DNA from: Octopus vulgaris | Taxonomy: Eukaryota | Length of the DNA stretch: 64,000 bases | NCBI GenBank assembly: GCA_951406725.2 | Contig: OX597824.1 | Coordinates: 64,232,001 to 64,296,000, forward strand | Direction of reading: 5' to 3' | In this document: one piece after another, positions 1 to 11,322 of the stretch | How positions within the stretch are numbered: the stretch's first letter is position 1 | How the letters are laid out: every line of letters begins with the position of its first letter | Notes under the pieces: generated by a model | Told to the model about the DNA's origin: nothing | The model's input: the letters and a program-made list of their open reading frames with translations, nothing else | Database searches by the model: none | Translations under genes and position numbers: made by a program

Positions 1-1016
1 GGATTTTTGTAAACTGTATTTTTTAAATCTGAGGGTACACCATTGAATAGTGAGGAGAAGGGCAGTGCCGTTCACTGCACCCCCTTACTGACTGGCATTT
101 ATCACACTTAAAAAGGACACAGACAACGTTGCTGTTTATATCTATCTTTTTTCTAACTACGTGTGTGTGTGTGTTGTCGACAAACTTCTTATAACATTGA
201 CCCATTCAGTGAATCGTTGATAACTTATTGATCCCTTTCATGTAAATTTCTAAAATAAAATTAAAACGTATAATTAAGAGAAAGAAATTCTTGGTTTAAA
301 AATGGTAATTCCTTCGTTCTTTTGTGTTATCCCTGTGTTTTAATAAGAAATATTTAAAGTGTCGGCTCGTCCCCACATAAAGACATTTAATGAACACACT
401 TAAGGAAACTGATAAAGAATAATCAAAATTCATTTATATTGCTTAAATACAGTATATTCGAAATATTTCATGTGTAATATGTATTTAACGAAACTAATTA
501 CTACATCGATATTTGGCTGGAAATTAATGAGTTTTAGCCTTAAATTACCGCGTTCCTCCAAATTCAATTCAATAATAATTGAGCACCTTTAATGCTCAAA
601 ATTGTTTCAAGTGTTTATGGACCCCCTTCAACAGTTAGGCAAGCCTCAAGGATCAATATAAACCACTTTGCCAACCGTTAGTCAATACAGTTAGGCTCAA
701 TTAGAGAGGGTCTTTAGGATTGAGCAAGAACGGTAAATAGATAGTGAAGAATAATGAAAAGTCAAATAAAATAAATGAACTTCTTGAAGTTGGCAGTTTT
801 ACTTTAGTTGTTCATCCGTTAATTAATTGTAATTAATAATTAACCTACCTGACGGTCTGCTAAGTTAATTGGTGGAGAGCTAAAGAAAATGTCCTCCTTT
901 CACTGATAAACAAATTTTGTTGATACGTAAAGAGAAATATTTTGATAGGAGTGGGAAAGACGTAAAAAAAAACAAATGTATATCGTATTAAACTGACGGA
1001 ATAAAACTTCTTCTTT

Positions 1017-1051
<35 letters not shown>

Positions 1052-1523
1052 TCACGCTCTCTTTCTTCCTCTCCCCGTTACTTTTTATTACTCTCCCTCA
1101 CTGCGTCTTTTCTTTTACCTCTCTCTCTCTCTCTTCTTTCCGCCCTTAACCTTGTTGCTTTGTCATTAGGTTTAATATAGTATATGAACACAATTTAAGA
1201 TCCGCAATTACTACTACGACAACTGAAAAATAGATTTCTAGCAGGCTGAATGATGACGTAAAGGTACCTTCGTTGGCATCTACAACGGTGGTGACGGTGG
1301 TGGTCACGGTACAGAACAAGTCAACGCCACACAGTGACAGTTGACTAGCAATAGCAATTTCTTTTGATCTTGTGCACTAAAAGGCACTTAGATAATTGAT
1401 TGTGTGTGTGTTTGTGTGTACACACATTTGCACGTTGATCGCTATAAACTTTAAAGCTTATAAAAACACCCTTATTATTATTTACAGAATTGTAAAACTC
1501 GACACCACTTAACAAAGCCATTC

Positions 1524-2022
1524 GGATCTTTACCTTTTGACCTACAGACTTAAAAAATAATTTTTTGTAACTGAACACTTTCAAACTTTAGACACTGGTA
1601 GAATGTGTCATATAAAACATCTTTTACTCTTAGCACTTTTGAGAAAAACTTATATTTACGAAGTAAATATAAGGTTTTAGGGTTTTAGGGTTAGGGTTTT
1701 AGTGTAAGGGTTAGGGTTAAGGTTAGAGTTTTAGGGTTAGGGTTGTCATAAATAAAGGTGACAAACGAAAAATACACTGCCGATAGTTGTTGTTGACAAA
1801 CAACGGCAGTAATTTTATTCAGCTGAATACACGTCATTGATTGGTCGAAATTAACGAAATAGGACTACTTTAACTGAAATTACTTCGTAAATATAAGTTT
1901 TTCTCAAAAATGTTAAGAGTAAAAGATGTTTTATATGACACATTCTACCAGTGTCCGAAGTTTGAAAGTGTTTAGTTACAAAAAATTGTTTTTTAAATCT
2001 GTAGGTCAAAAGGTAAAGATCC
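1524..2022. mobile_element. Non-autonomous TIR element (MITE/foldback; MULE- or hAT-like) with internal TTAGGG repeats
   Basis: ~143-bp inverted repeats 1524-1666 / 1880-2022 (GGATCTTTACC...GGTAAAGATCC); near-perfect 8-bp flanking duplication agccattc (1516-1523) / aaccattc (2023-2030). Confidence 0.75.
1671..1745 (+). repeat. Degenerate telomere-like (TTAGGG/TTTTAGGG)n tract
   Basis: ttttagggttttagggttagggttttagtgtaagggttagggttaaggttagagttttagggttagggtt. Confidence 0.85.
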
Positions 2023-2030
2023 AACCATTC

Positions 2031-2064
2031 GTGTGTGTGTGTGTGTGTATATATATATACATAC

Positions 2065-2162
<98 letters not shown>

Positions 2163-2249
2163 ATGTATGTATATATATGTTATGATTGTATGCATGTATG
2201 TATTATGTACATAGGTGTATATATATATATAGGTGTATATATATATGTG

Positions 2250-2301
<52 letters not shown>
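2031..2301. repeat. Compound (TG)n/(TA)n/(TATG)n microsatellite
   Basis: Direct reading; source of spurious YI/HT/CV ORFs. Confidence 0.95.
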
Positions 2302-2305
<4 letters not shown>

Positions 2306-2806
2306 ATAAATATTAGGGAATAAATCCAAACTTACAGGGAAAAATCAGATTTAGGATTGAATCCAATTTTATAGTAAAATATTATATTATATTAAATTAG
2401 AGATAAAACCACTATTAGGCAAATCATACAATGAAAAACTTAACCCAATACATAAGATTATTTAATTTATATTATTTAAATATATAACAAAATTATTTAA
2501 AAAAATATAATTAATATAACACTACGATCGTTTCATGGCTGTTAATTTCTTTAAATTTTCGAGTTACAGTCATTCATCAGGTGGTTTAAATATTTAACTT
2601 GGCGAGGTTTAATCAATGTGATTAAACCTCGCCAAGTTAAAATTTAAAGAAATTAACAGCCATGAAACGATCGTAGTGTTAATTATATATTTTTTAATAA
2701 TTTTGTTATATATTTAAATAATATAAATTAAATAATCTTATGTATTGGGTTAAGTTTTTCATTGTATGATTTGCCTAATAGTGGTTTTATCTCTAATTTA
2801 ATATAT
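2302..2806 (-). mobile_element. PLE pseudo-LTR fragment with inverted duplication
   Basis: Arms ~2385-2615 and ~2618-2806 are reverse complements (right arm lacks ~34 bp); contains an HHR; flanked by TA-rich sequence. Confidence 0.7.
2519..2585 (-). ncRNA. Type I hammerhead ribozyme (PLE-type, palindromic stem III)
   Basis: Minus strand: acCAC-CUGAUGA-AUGACUGU..(loop)..ACAGCCAU-GAAAC-GAUC-GUA-GUGu. Confidence 0.8.
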
Positions 2807-2807
2807 A

Positions 2808-3304
2808 CTAGCAGTATCGCCCGGCGTTGCTCGGGTTTGTAAGGGAAATAACTATATAAGCATTTTTAGAGAGTTACTTCCCTTATAGATGCCAATTCGG
2901 GCTTTCTTAGCCATTTCTGTTTTGGTGTCTTCAAGCCATGAAGTCGTTGTTCTAAAAGAACGCTGGTCTCCTTGACAACGCTTTACGACGTTGATTTCCT
3001 TACACTCCCTTCCCCACAGCTTCACGAGGGAGGGAAGAAGGGGGAGAAGCAAACAGGTGCAGGTATGACGATGGACGCCAACTCCGCCGCCATCGACACA
3101 CGAAAAATTATGCATTAAAATGGAATAAAAAATGATGTTAAATTATTTTTAAACTCGTAGACTCATCGTAGACGCGCGCTAATACTCAGACGGGCTCGAT
3201 ATGAATCACGACTATAAGATACCCGAATTTGGTTAAACTGCACCGCAAAATGTGGGAGTAGTTAGGAATCTAAATCGAAGGGGACAGATACTCACACAAC
3301 TACA

Positions 3305-3310
<6 letters not shown>
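2808..3310 (-). mobile_element. Non-autonomous Helitron
   Basis: Minus-strand 3' end: hairpin CCCG-agcaacgc-CGGG about 10 nt before CTAG|T; 5' end merges into (TA)n. Confidence 0.7.
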
Positions 3311-3371
<61 letters not shown>

Positions 3372-3960
3372 TTTATATGTACTCTTTTCTCCTCTTTTGT
3401 ACGGCTACACCTCGAATACTGCTGCCTCTTGTGGTCTCACCATACAAAACAAAACCATCTCGAGGATTGAATCACCCCAGAGGGCACTCCCTAAACGAAT
3501 TGAAGGCATGACTGATCTCGATTACTGGGACCGCCTTGAAACTCTATTCGCTCCAGCGCCGCCGCGAGCGGTACATCATTTGTACGATGTGGAGAATATA
3601 CCGCCGGCATTGCCCAAACGACCTGAACATTAGTTTCAAGGTTCATCCAAGGCTGGGACCACGGGCCATACGTCCCCTGCACAATTCTGGATCACAATAT
3701 ATAGGTACACTGCGACGTAATTTATTTTCCTCAACAGGCCCTACCCTGTTTAACATTGTCCCAAAACTGATTAGAGAGGAAAAGGATCCCATCACCTTTA
3801 CATGGAGTCTGGACAGATTTCTTCAAGGAATACCAGATAAGCCACCCATACCTGGATACAAATCACTCAACAAGAACTCACTACTTGAATGGACCATAAA
3901 CAAAACTTGACTTAAAAATGATTTAGATAATCTTATCAGGTAGTGCTATTAAGTTCGACA
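3372..3960 (+). mobile_element. CR1/L2-group LINE 3' fragment (RT C-terminus), frameshifted
   Basis: VRLHLEYCCLLWSH...QRALPKRIEGM..LDYWDRL / LYSLQRRRERY...GPTLFN..P...LDRFLQGIPDKP. Confidence 0.75.
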
Positions 3961-4036
3961 AAGATTGGTCCAGTGCATGTCTAACTTAATAGCACCACCC
4001 GATAAGATTATCTAAATCATTTTTAAGTCAAGTTTC

Positions 4037-4114
<78 letters not shown>

Positions 4115-4180
4115 ATGCATGCATGTATGTATGTATGTATGTATGTATAAATATATATGTATATATACATATATATATGC

Positions 4181-4220
<40 letters not shown>

Positions 4221-4354
4221 ATATCTATATCTATCTATATATATGTGTGTATGTATGTATGTATATATATATATGTGTGTATGTATATATATGTACATAT
4301 ATATGTGTGTGTGTATATATATGTGTGTGTGTGTGTGCATTATGTATGTATATA

Positions 4355-5200
4355 CTAGCTGACGTACCCAGTAATTCCCGGGAAAGCAGGGCTTATCCCT
4401 TGGTTCCGTTCTCATAACCGTTTCGTTAATCCAATAACAATACAAAGTATGTACCACTTAAAATGTTTTTTTAATTTTTTTGCATTTACAGAGAATACTG
4501 AACTGTCTAGCGCAGGATCTTGTTTTTAGGAATTCCCAATAAGTTATAAATACCAGAATTGTGAAATCAGTTATGTAATAACATGAAATTAGTTACCCGA
4601 TAGTAAGAATTCAAATAAAGTAGCCCTGAAAAGGACTTTAATGCATTCCCAGAGTATAATAGAACTTAGGAGGAAATACTAATATGGTATGTATACTAAA
4701 ATCGTGAAGCATAGGCCAATCAGATATGAGACAATAGCAATTCAAAGTAAATAACTCTGAAAAGGGCTTTTGTGCATTCACAGAGAATATTACCCTCAGT
4801 GGCGCTAGTGTTGGTATATTCGTGAATAAGTCACTAACCGAAATAAGTGGATCTATTGTTTAGGGAAATACTATTTACTTTTTTAAGGGTTGTACTCTAA
4901 CTGTCCAAATACTAAGAAATAAGCATACTCAAGTTGATTTATACCAAATGATTTAGGAAAAGGAATGGATTATTTCCTTTAGCTGTTAAAATGAGATATA
5001 TTAGATATATATAAGGATCCCTTCCAGGGGTATTATTATCGATTTTTTTTTCGACAATCTTAGTATACTATGAGATTTCCAGACATGAGTTCGACTCACG
5101 TGTCAAGTTCATCAAAATCGATAGAACGATGTTGGAGGAGTTAACTTACAACTCCACAAACAAACTCACGGACAGAATTTCCCACATATGTGTGAGTGTA
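4355..5200 (-). mobile_element. Non-autonomous Helitron
   Basis: Minus-strand 3' end: CCCGGG-aatta-CTGGG hairpin followed by ...gCTAG|T; other end abuts a microsatellite. Confidence 0.6.
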
Positions 5201-5255
5201 TATATATATATATGTGTGTGTGTATATGTATATATATATATAATGTGTGTATATG

Positions 5256-5298
<43 letters not shown>

Positions 5299-5324
5299 AT
5301 GTGTGTATGTATATATGTATATCT

Positions 5325-5860
<536 letters not shown>

Positions 5861-5960
5861 ATATACATACATATATATAAAGTCTTAAATCTCTGGGCAA
5901 GAAGTAAGTAGTAACACTACTACAGAGTAAAATCTATTTGACAACATAAATGGCAGGCAG

Positions 5961-6162
5961 GATTAGGACGATGTTACTACCCTTTTTAGCCACAGGAAAA
6001 CATCTTTTCCAGCTGGCTATCGATGCACACCTGCATTGTAATACCTCAAACAAGGAAGCTAATGTCCCCACTCAGCCTTAAACGGTTCGCAGTTGTACAT
6101 CTGTAGCCAGTTTGAACAGATGTTTTCCTGGGGCTAAAAAAGGTAGTAACATCATCCTAATC
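5961..6162. mobile_element. Short MITE with ~75-bp TIRs
   Basis: gattaggacgatgttactacc... / ...ggtagtaacatcatcctaatc inverted pair. Confidence 0.65.
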
Positions 6163-6344
6163 AGGACTACCAATTTACGTTGGCAAATAGATAGATAGAT
6201 AGATAGATATTTGCTTCCAAACCACATGGTTTTAGGTTCAGTCCTGCTGAGCGGTACCTTGAGCAACTATCTTCTATTATGGCCTCAAGTTAACCAAAGC
6301 CTTATGAATTAGGTAGACGGAAACTGAAAGAAGCCCATCGTATA

Positions 6345-6451
<107 letters not shown>

Positions 6452-8156
6452 ATCAAAATAAAAATAAAAACATGAGGAAGCTATATGTCGGGCTATTAGA
6501 CAGAATAACAAAGCATAATGTATGTCTGTGGCCTTCTTCAGCCGCGCACAACAGCTTCCACAAGGACATGTGTTACATCAAAAATTCTTGGTTGGGGATG
6601 CAAATCCTCTCGTTCACGTACGACATAATGCGGCAGCAGCATAGAATTGAAGCGTCCATCTCTTTCTTCTCTCAATGTAGAATGAGGAAACTTGGATGTT
6701 GAGGTAATGTAAATAAATAAATACATATATAGAGGTGAAGATGGAGGGGCGAGAGTTCGGGACGAGGGATAAAAAATATATATAAAAAATGTAAGTATAG
6801 AATAATATAAAAATGTAGAGGATAAAGATATAAAGAGTTGTAAGGAGATGTAAAGGGGGTATAAAGAAATATAAAGAAATATAAATAAATGTAAAGGCAT
6901 AAGGTTGTAAAGTAAAAATAGAAATGGAAATAAAAGTAAAAAAAGCAAAAGAACCTGATAAAAACATGATAAAAGTGTAAAAGAATGTAAAGATAAGGGA
7001 TGTATAGAGGTTACGGACCAAGCATGGTGGTCAGGAGATTGATAAAATTTAGTTGTAGAACTGTCAGTAAATCAACAGTTTCGTTGTAAATCAGAGCTGA
7101 TGAGAATTTAATCTGGTTCCTTGAATTAAATGGACTTCTAGTACATACATATCATCATGGATACATACACCCACATACACGCGTACATATACGTCTCCAA
7201 GCCTATAAGCATACACACGCACTCGCGTGTAAACACGTACATAAACACACACGCACCCACACGCACGCGCGCACACACAAACATACAACAGAATATCCGC
7301 ATATATAGACGGACATTACGCGCGTACACGCTCACACGTATATACGCGCGCCCCTCACTACATACACACACGTATATGCCCGCGCCTCTAGGTCTAGGTA
7401 TAAGATATTAAAGGATGTGTATAAGAACGTATGTAAAGAATCCCGTACTCATATTAATACGCGCACGCACACACGGCTGTGTGTCCGTATGTGCGTGCAC
7501 ATATACACTCATATACACACACAGAGACACACGCGCACATGGGTATAGCTATAAGATATCGAAGTATGCATGTACATATACGCGCGTGCATATGTATGTA
7601 TGCGTATACACACGTACGCGGACGCTCGCATACTCAAAAGGTGGATCCATAGGTAAGTAAATAAACATATATAGAGGTGTAAAGCGATAAATTAGGGGTA
7701 AGAATGAGGGTAAGGGTAAAGATTAGAAATAAAAAATACAGTATAAAATAAGAAATACAATGTAATAGTTAGAAATGAAATATAAGAATTATAAAAGTTA
7801 TAAGAGTTAAGGTAAGGGATGAAAATGAGAATAAATGGAAGTAGAATAAAAGTAAAAATAAAATTAAAAATAAAAATAAATGGAAGTAGGATAAAAGCAA
7901 AAATAAAAGTAAAAATAAAAATAAAAATAAAAATAAAATAAAATAAGGTAAAAATATAATTTTGTAAAGTTTAACATGAGATGGAGGTGGCACACATATA
8001 TATATATATGTATATGTACACATACGTACACGTATGTGCACGCACACACACACACACACACACACATACACACGCACATATAGGAAAGCGGGATGTGCTG
8101 GAGCCGACAGGTTGCACCGGGTGGGAGGAAATTGCATGGGGGAGTTGGTATAAGAC

Positions 8157-10667
8157 CTAAGCATTGTAGTATTTGAAAGTATTAATAAGTTTATGTATAC
8201 AGGATGGTTTGAACTCTGACCTTTTGTTAATAAGATTGTGTTTGTCTTTGAATTTCAAGATGTTCAGGAGTTCTACACAGCATAGTTGGCATCCTGCTCT
8301 ATTATTTAAATAAGGTGCAGCTGATCCGATGATGGACCATCTGAGTTTGAAGCCTATGCATTTGTCTTTTAATTCCCAAATTCTTTTAGAGAGGGAGGTG
8401 CTGTTAGCCTTATGTCTATGTCTCAGCGAGGACCGGTGGTTGTAGTATCTGGATTTCCAGGAGGTTGAGCAACCAATATAGGTGAGTGTGTTAAACTGAG
8501 TACTCACCTCACATGAGTATATTACGTTTTTCGCCCTGCATGCGCCCTGCAGCGGGCACTCTGATGCACATCTGCAGTTGCATTGCATTGCATTATTCGG
8601 TCGTGTGCTGCTAATCCCAGGCGGAGGTGTTGCAATACGAGTGGGGGCGTTGGTATCCTCCTGGTTGTTGATGGGTGTAGTATTTCCTCTGTTGTGTTGG
8701 CGGGTGTTATTACTAACTGCTTGGGTAGTATGGCTGCCAGTCTGGTTATATTGTCTACTGTCTAGATGAGGGGGGTTCTGTTGGTCGCTATGGTTTGCTC
8801 TTGATCTAGCTGTTCTAATATTAATATAGTTATGTTTAGCTATGAGGCAGCTCATGTTGGGCAGGGTAGAGTAGGAAATCCTAATAGTTTTGTTGGAGAA
8901 GATACTTCTATACTTGTGGGTGGGTGGGAAGTTGTTGGAAATTATAGAGAATATTCTCTTACATAACTTACCCCTAACTGCTAAGTTGAAAGGTATGTTG
9001 AACCATATATATTTGCGTAATCTACTATTATCGCTTCTATTACTCCTAATAGGATCTATATTGCTCTCGTCGGGAGGGTTACTATTGTGTGCTGTTCTAT
9101 TAGTTCGCCTATTTCCTATACGTTGTTTGGAGTTTGAATTAGACTTATCGGTAGTGTGAGTTGAGTGCTGAGTTCGATTATAATTGGGAGTCTTATGGGC
9201 GACGGACGCTCCCGGTTGGTCTACATATGATATTCTCTGGTTATACCCGGCACTATAGAGAGCCTGGTTGTAGTGTTGTGCATGATTATTGAAAATTTCT
9301 CTATTAGAGGATAGTTTTGTCAGTCTGTCTGAGATGGCTTGGACCGTGGTGCTAATTATACAGGGTGGATGGTTGGAAGAGGTATGGATGTATTTGGTAG
9401 TTTCTTCTGGTTTCCTATACGGGTAGTGAAGGTGCTTATTCAAATCTAACGTAACATCTAAGAAGTTTACTATTTTAGTATTGGTCATAAATTCTAGTTT
9501 AAGATTGAAGGATTTGAAAAAAAGCCTGATCTTTTTCCTAATTCTTTCTAGTTTACTCCTATTGTTGGTGGGGTATATGAAGAGAGCGTCGTCTCTGTAT
9601 AGACCCCCCTGAAGATCCGGTACCTCGGAGAAAAGCTTCTTGAGCAGGTAGGCCCCGACCAAGTCAGTCACCTGAGCTGAATCGCTCGAGCCCATAGCCA
9701 CATCGAAATTGTCGGGGGTATCGGATCTGGTCCAGAGTCTACCGTCGAATTCTATTATGGTTTTTCTAGCTAATAGAATTATGTCAATTTTTTCTCTGTC
9801 TATGAGTGAAAGGTTGCGGGCAAAAATGAGGGATTTGTTAAGTAAGATGGGGGATATACTGACGTAGTAGCTAGCTATGTCGAATTGGATGAATGAGTAG
9901 TCGGGCCTATTGGTGATAGTGTTAAACCATTCTAGCACATCGTTGGTATTAATCCATAGTTGGAGTGGGATGTGGGGTTTGATGTGTGGGATCACCTTGT
10001 CCAGGATGGTCTTGCTAAGTCTGCCGATATCCGATTTAGTCGGACAGATTAATCGTACTCCTACACTATCTGGGAAGTCTTTCTTATGGTCTTTAATAGT
10101 AATTTTGGGTACTTGCGGTTTAATAGGTTCTGTTCTGTCCAGGAGGTCTAATTTGCTCATAACTTCCTTGATTTTGTAGTTAATTTCCTTAAGGTTATCC
10201 GTAGAAGTAGTTTTATACTTTTTGCTAAGTTCCCTCATGATGAGCGATTTGTAGGTTTGGTAGTCTAGCCTATACCAGTTCCCAGTCTTGTCGGCGGGTA
10301 TGATAAGACTATCATCGTTCCTGAGTGAATGCAGGAAATCTTTAAGGCTCCTTAAGTGGGTGTTGGAAATGGTCTTATGTTTACTAATGTTGATGTTGGT
10401 AATGAGGTCGATTAAGTCTTTTTCAAAATTTTCCAGTGCGTAGTTAGAGGGTGGGTTTCTTCTGCTTTTAAATATCTTCTTGTGTGCTATTTCTTCTTGG
10501 TTAGAGTTGGGGTTGCTTTTCTCCGGGTTATCGAAATGGTAGGCCGCCCACCTAATTCTTCTAATAAAGTCTGTGGTCCGGTGGATGAGAGTTGTCGTGT
10601 AAGTTTTGTCGGAGTGGAGAGGTATGTCCCTGGGGGAGAAGTTTGTGTGAATCCTTTGAATCTTCAT
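8157..10667 (-). CDS. PLE reverse transcriptase + C-terminal GIY-YIG endonuclease (Naiad-like), ~836 aa from first ATG
   Basis: PADKT, KDHK..RLICPTKS, FDIASYYVSI, FDVAMGS, GLYRDDAL, FLDVTLDL, CNCRCASECPLQGAC..NVIY...TYIG....KSRYYNH, CQLCCVEL; no stops. The ORF-track start at 10682 is TTG; the first ATG is at 10667. Confidence 0.92.
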   Translation of the reverse strand: MKIQRIHTNFSPRDIPLHSDKTYTTTLIHRTTDFIRRIRWAAYHFDNPEKSNPNSNQEEIAHKKIFKSRRNPPSNYALENFEKDLIDLITNINISKHKTISNTHLRSLKDFLHSLRNDDSLIIPADKTGNWYRLDYQTYKSLIMRELSKKYKTTSTDNLKEINYKIKEVMSKLDLLDRTEPIKPQVPKITIKDHKKDFPDSVGVRLICPTKSDIGRLSKTILDKVIPHIKPHIPLQLWINTNDVLEWFNTITNRPDYSFIQFDIASYYVSISPILLNKSLIFARNLSLIDREKIDIILLARKTIIEFDGRLWTRSDTPDNFDVAMGSSDSAQVTDLVGAYLLKKLFSEVPDLQGGLYRDDALFIYPTNNRSKLERIRKKIRLFFKSFNLKLEFMTNTKIVNFLDVTLDLNKHLHYPYRKPEETTKYIHTSSNHPPCIISTTVQAISDRLTKLSSNREIFNNHAQHYNQALYSAGYNQRISYVDQPGASVAHKTPNYNRTQHSTHTTDKSNSNSKQRIGNRRTNRTAHNSNPPDESNIDPIRSNRSDNSRLRKYIWFNIPFNLAVRGKLCKRIFSIISNNFPPTHKYRSIFSNKTIRISYSTLPNMSCLIAKHNYINIRTARSRANHSDQQNPPHLDSRQYNQTGSHTTQAVSNNTRQHNRGNTTPINNQEDTNAPTRIATPPPGISSTRPNNAMQCNCRCASECPLQGACRAKNVIYSCEVSTQFNTLTYIGCSTSWKSRYYNHRSSLRHRHKANSTSLSKRIWELKDKCIGFKLRWSIIGSAAPYLNNRAGCQLCCVELLNILKFKDKHNLINKRSEFKPSCIHKLINTFKYYNA

Positions 10668-10820
10668 GCTTGGGTTCGTCAAGTACTAAAGGTTGTCGCG
10701 GTTACGTGGGATCAGATCCTAGCGACAACGTAGGTGAGTTGAGTATAGAAATTCGGGGTGAGTACTTGATAATTATAAGCACCTGTGTATACCGTTTGGT
10801 GGTGTAGGTGGTGGAGTAAA

Positions 10821-11250
10821 TTGATCAAAATAAAAATAAAAACATGAGGCGAAGGATTCAGCGGTACATATGTTTCGGGCCTTTATTAGACAGATTTATA
10901 ACAAAGCATAATGTATGTCTGTGGCCTTCTTCAGCCGCGCACAACAGCTTCCACAAAGGACATGTGTTACATCAAAAATTCTTGGTTGGGGATGCAAATC
11001 CTCTCGTTCACGTACGACATAATGCGGCAGCAGCATAGAATTGAAGCGTCCATCTCTTTCTTCTCTCAATGTAGAATGAGGAAACTTGGATGTTGAGGTA
11101 ATGTAAATAAATAAATACATATATAGAGGTGAAGATGGAGGGGCGAGAGTTCGGGACGAGGGATAAAAAATATATATAAAAAATGTAAGTATAGAATAAT
11201 ATAAAAATGTAGAGGATAAAGATATAAAGAGTTGTAAGGAGATGTAAAGG

Positions 11251-11252
<2 letters not shown>
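10821..11252 (-). repeat. Upstream pseudo-LTR of the Naiad element (direct repeat of 6449-~6860)
   Basis: Near-identical to the downstream copy except for clustered deletions at ~6477-6515. Confidence 0.9.
10861..10938 (-). ncRNA. Type I hammerhead ribozyme in Naiad pLTR
   Basis: GCGG-CUGAAGA-aGGCC-(~40 nt insert)-GGCCc-GAAAC-AUAU-GUA-CCGC; perfect 4-bp stem I; self-complementary ACAUAUGU stem III. Confidence 0.88.

Positions 11253-11321
<69 letters not shown>

Positions 11322-11322
<1 letters not shown>

Noticed and set aside
1671-1745. True telomere or chromosome fusion site
   Set aside because: Short, degenerate and enclosed by TIRs.
8157-8600. Selenoprotein-type Naiad (some Naiads encode Sec via UGA)
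   Set aside because: No in-frame TGA in either Naiad GIY-YIG region; the intact ORF ends at TAG; no SECIS recognised.
8578-10733. Plus-strand ORFs antisense to the Naiad ORF
   Set aside because: Short shadow ORFs explained by codon and strand bias.
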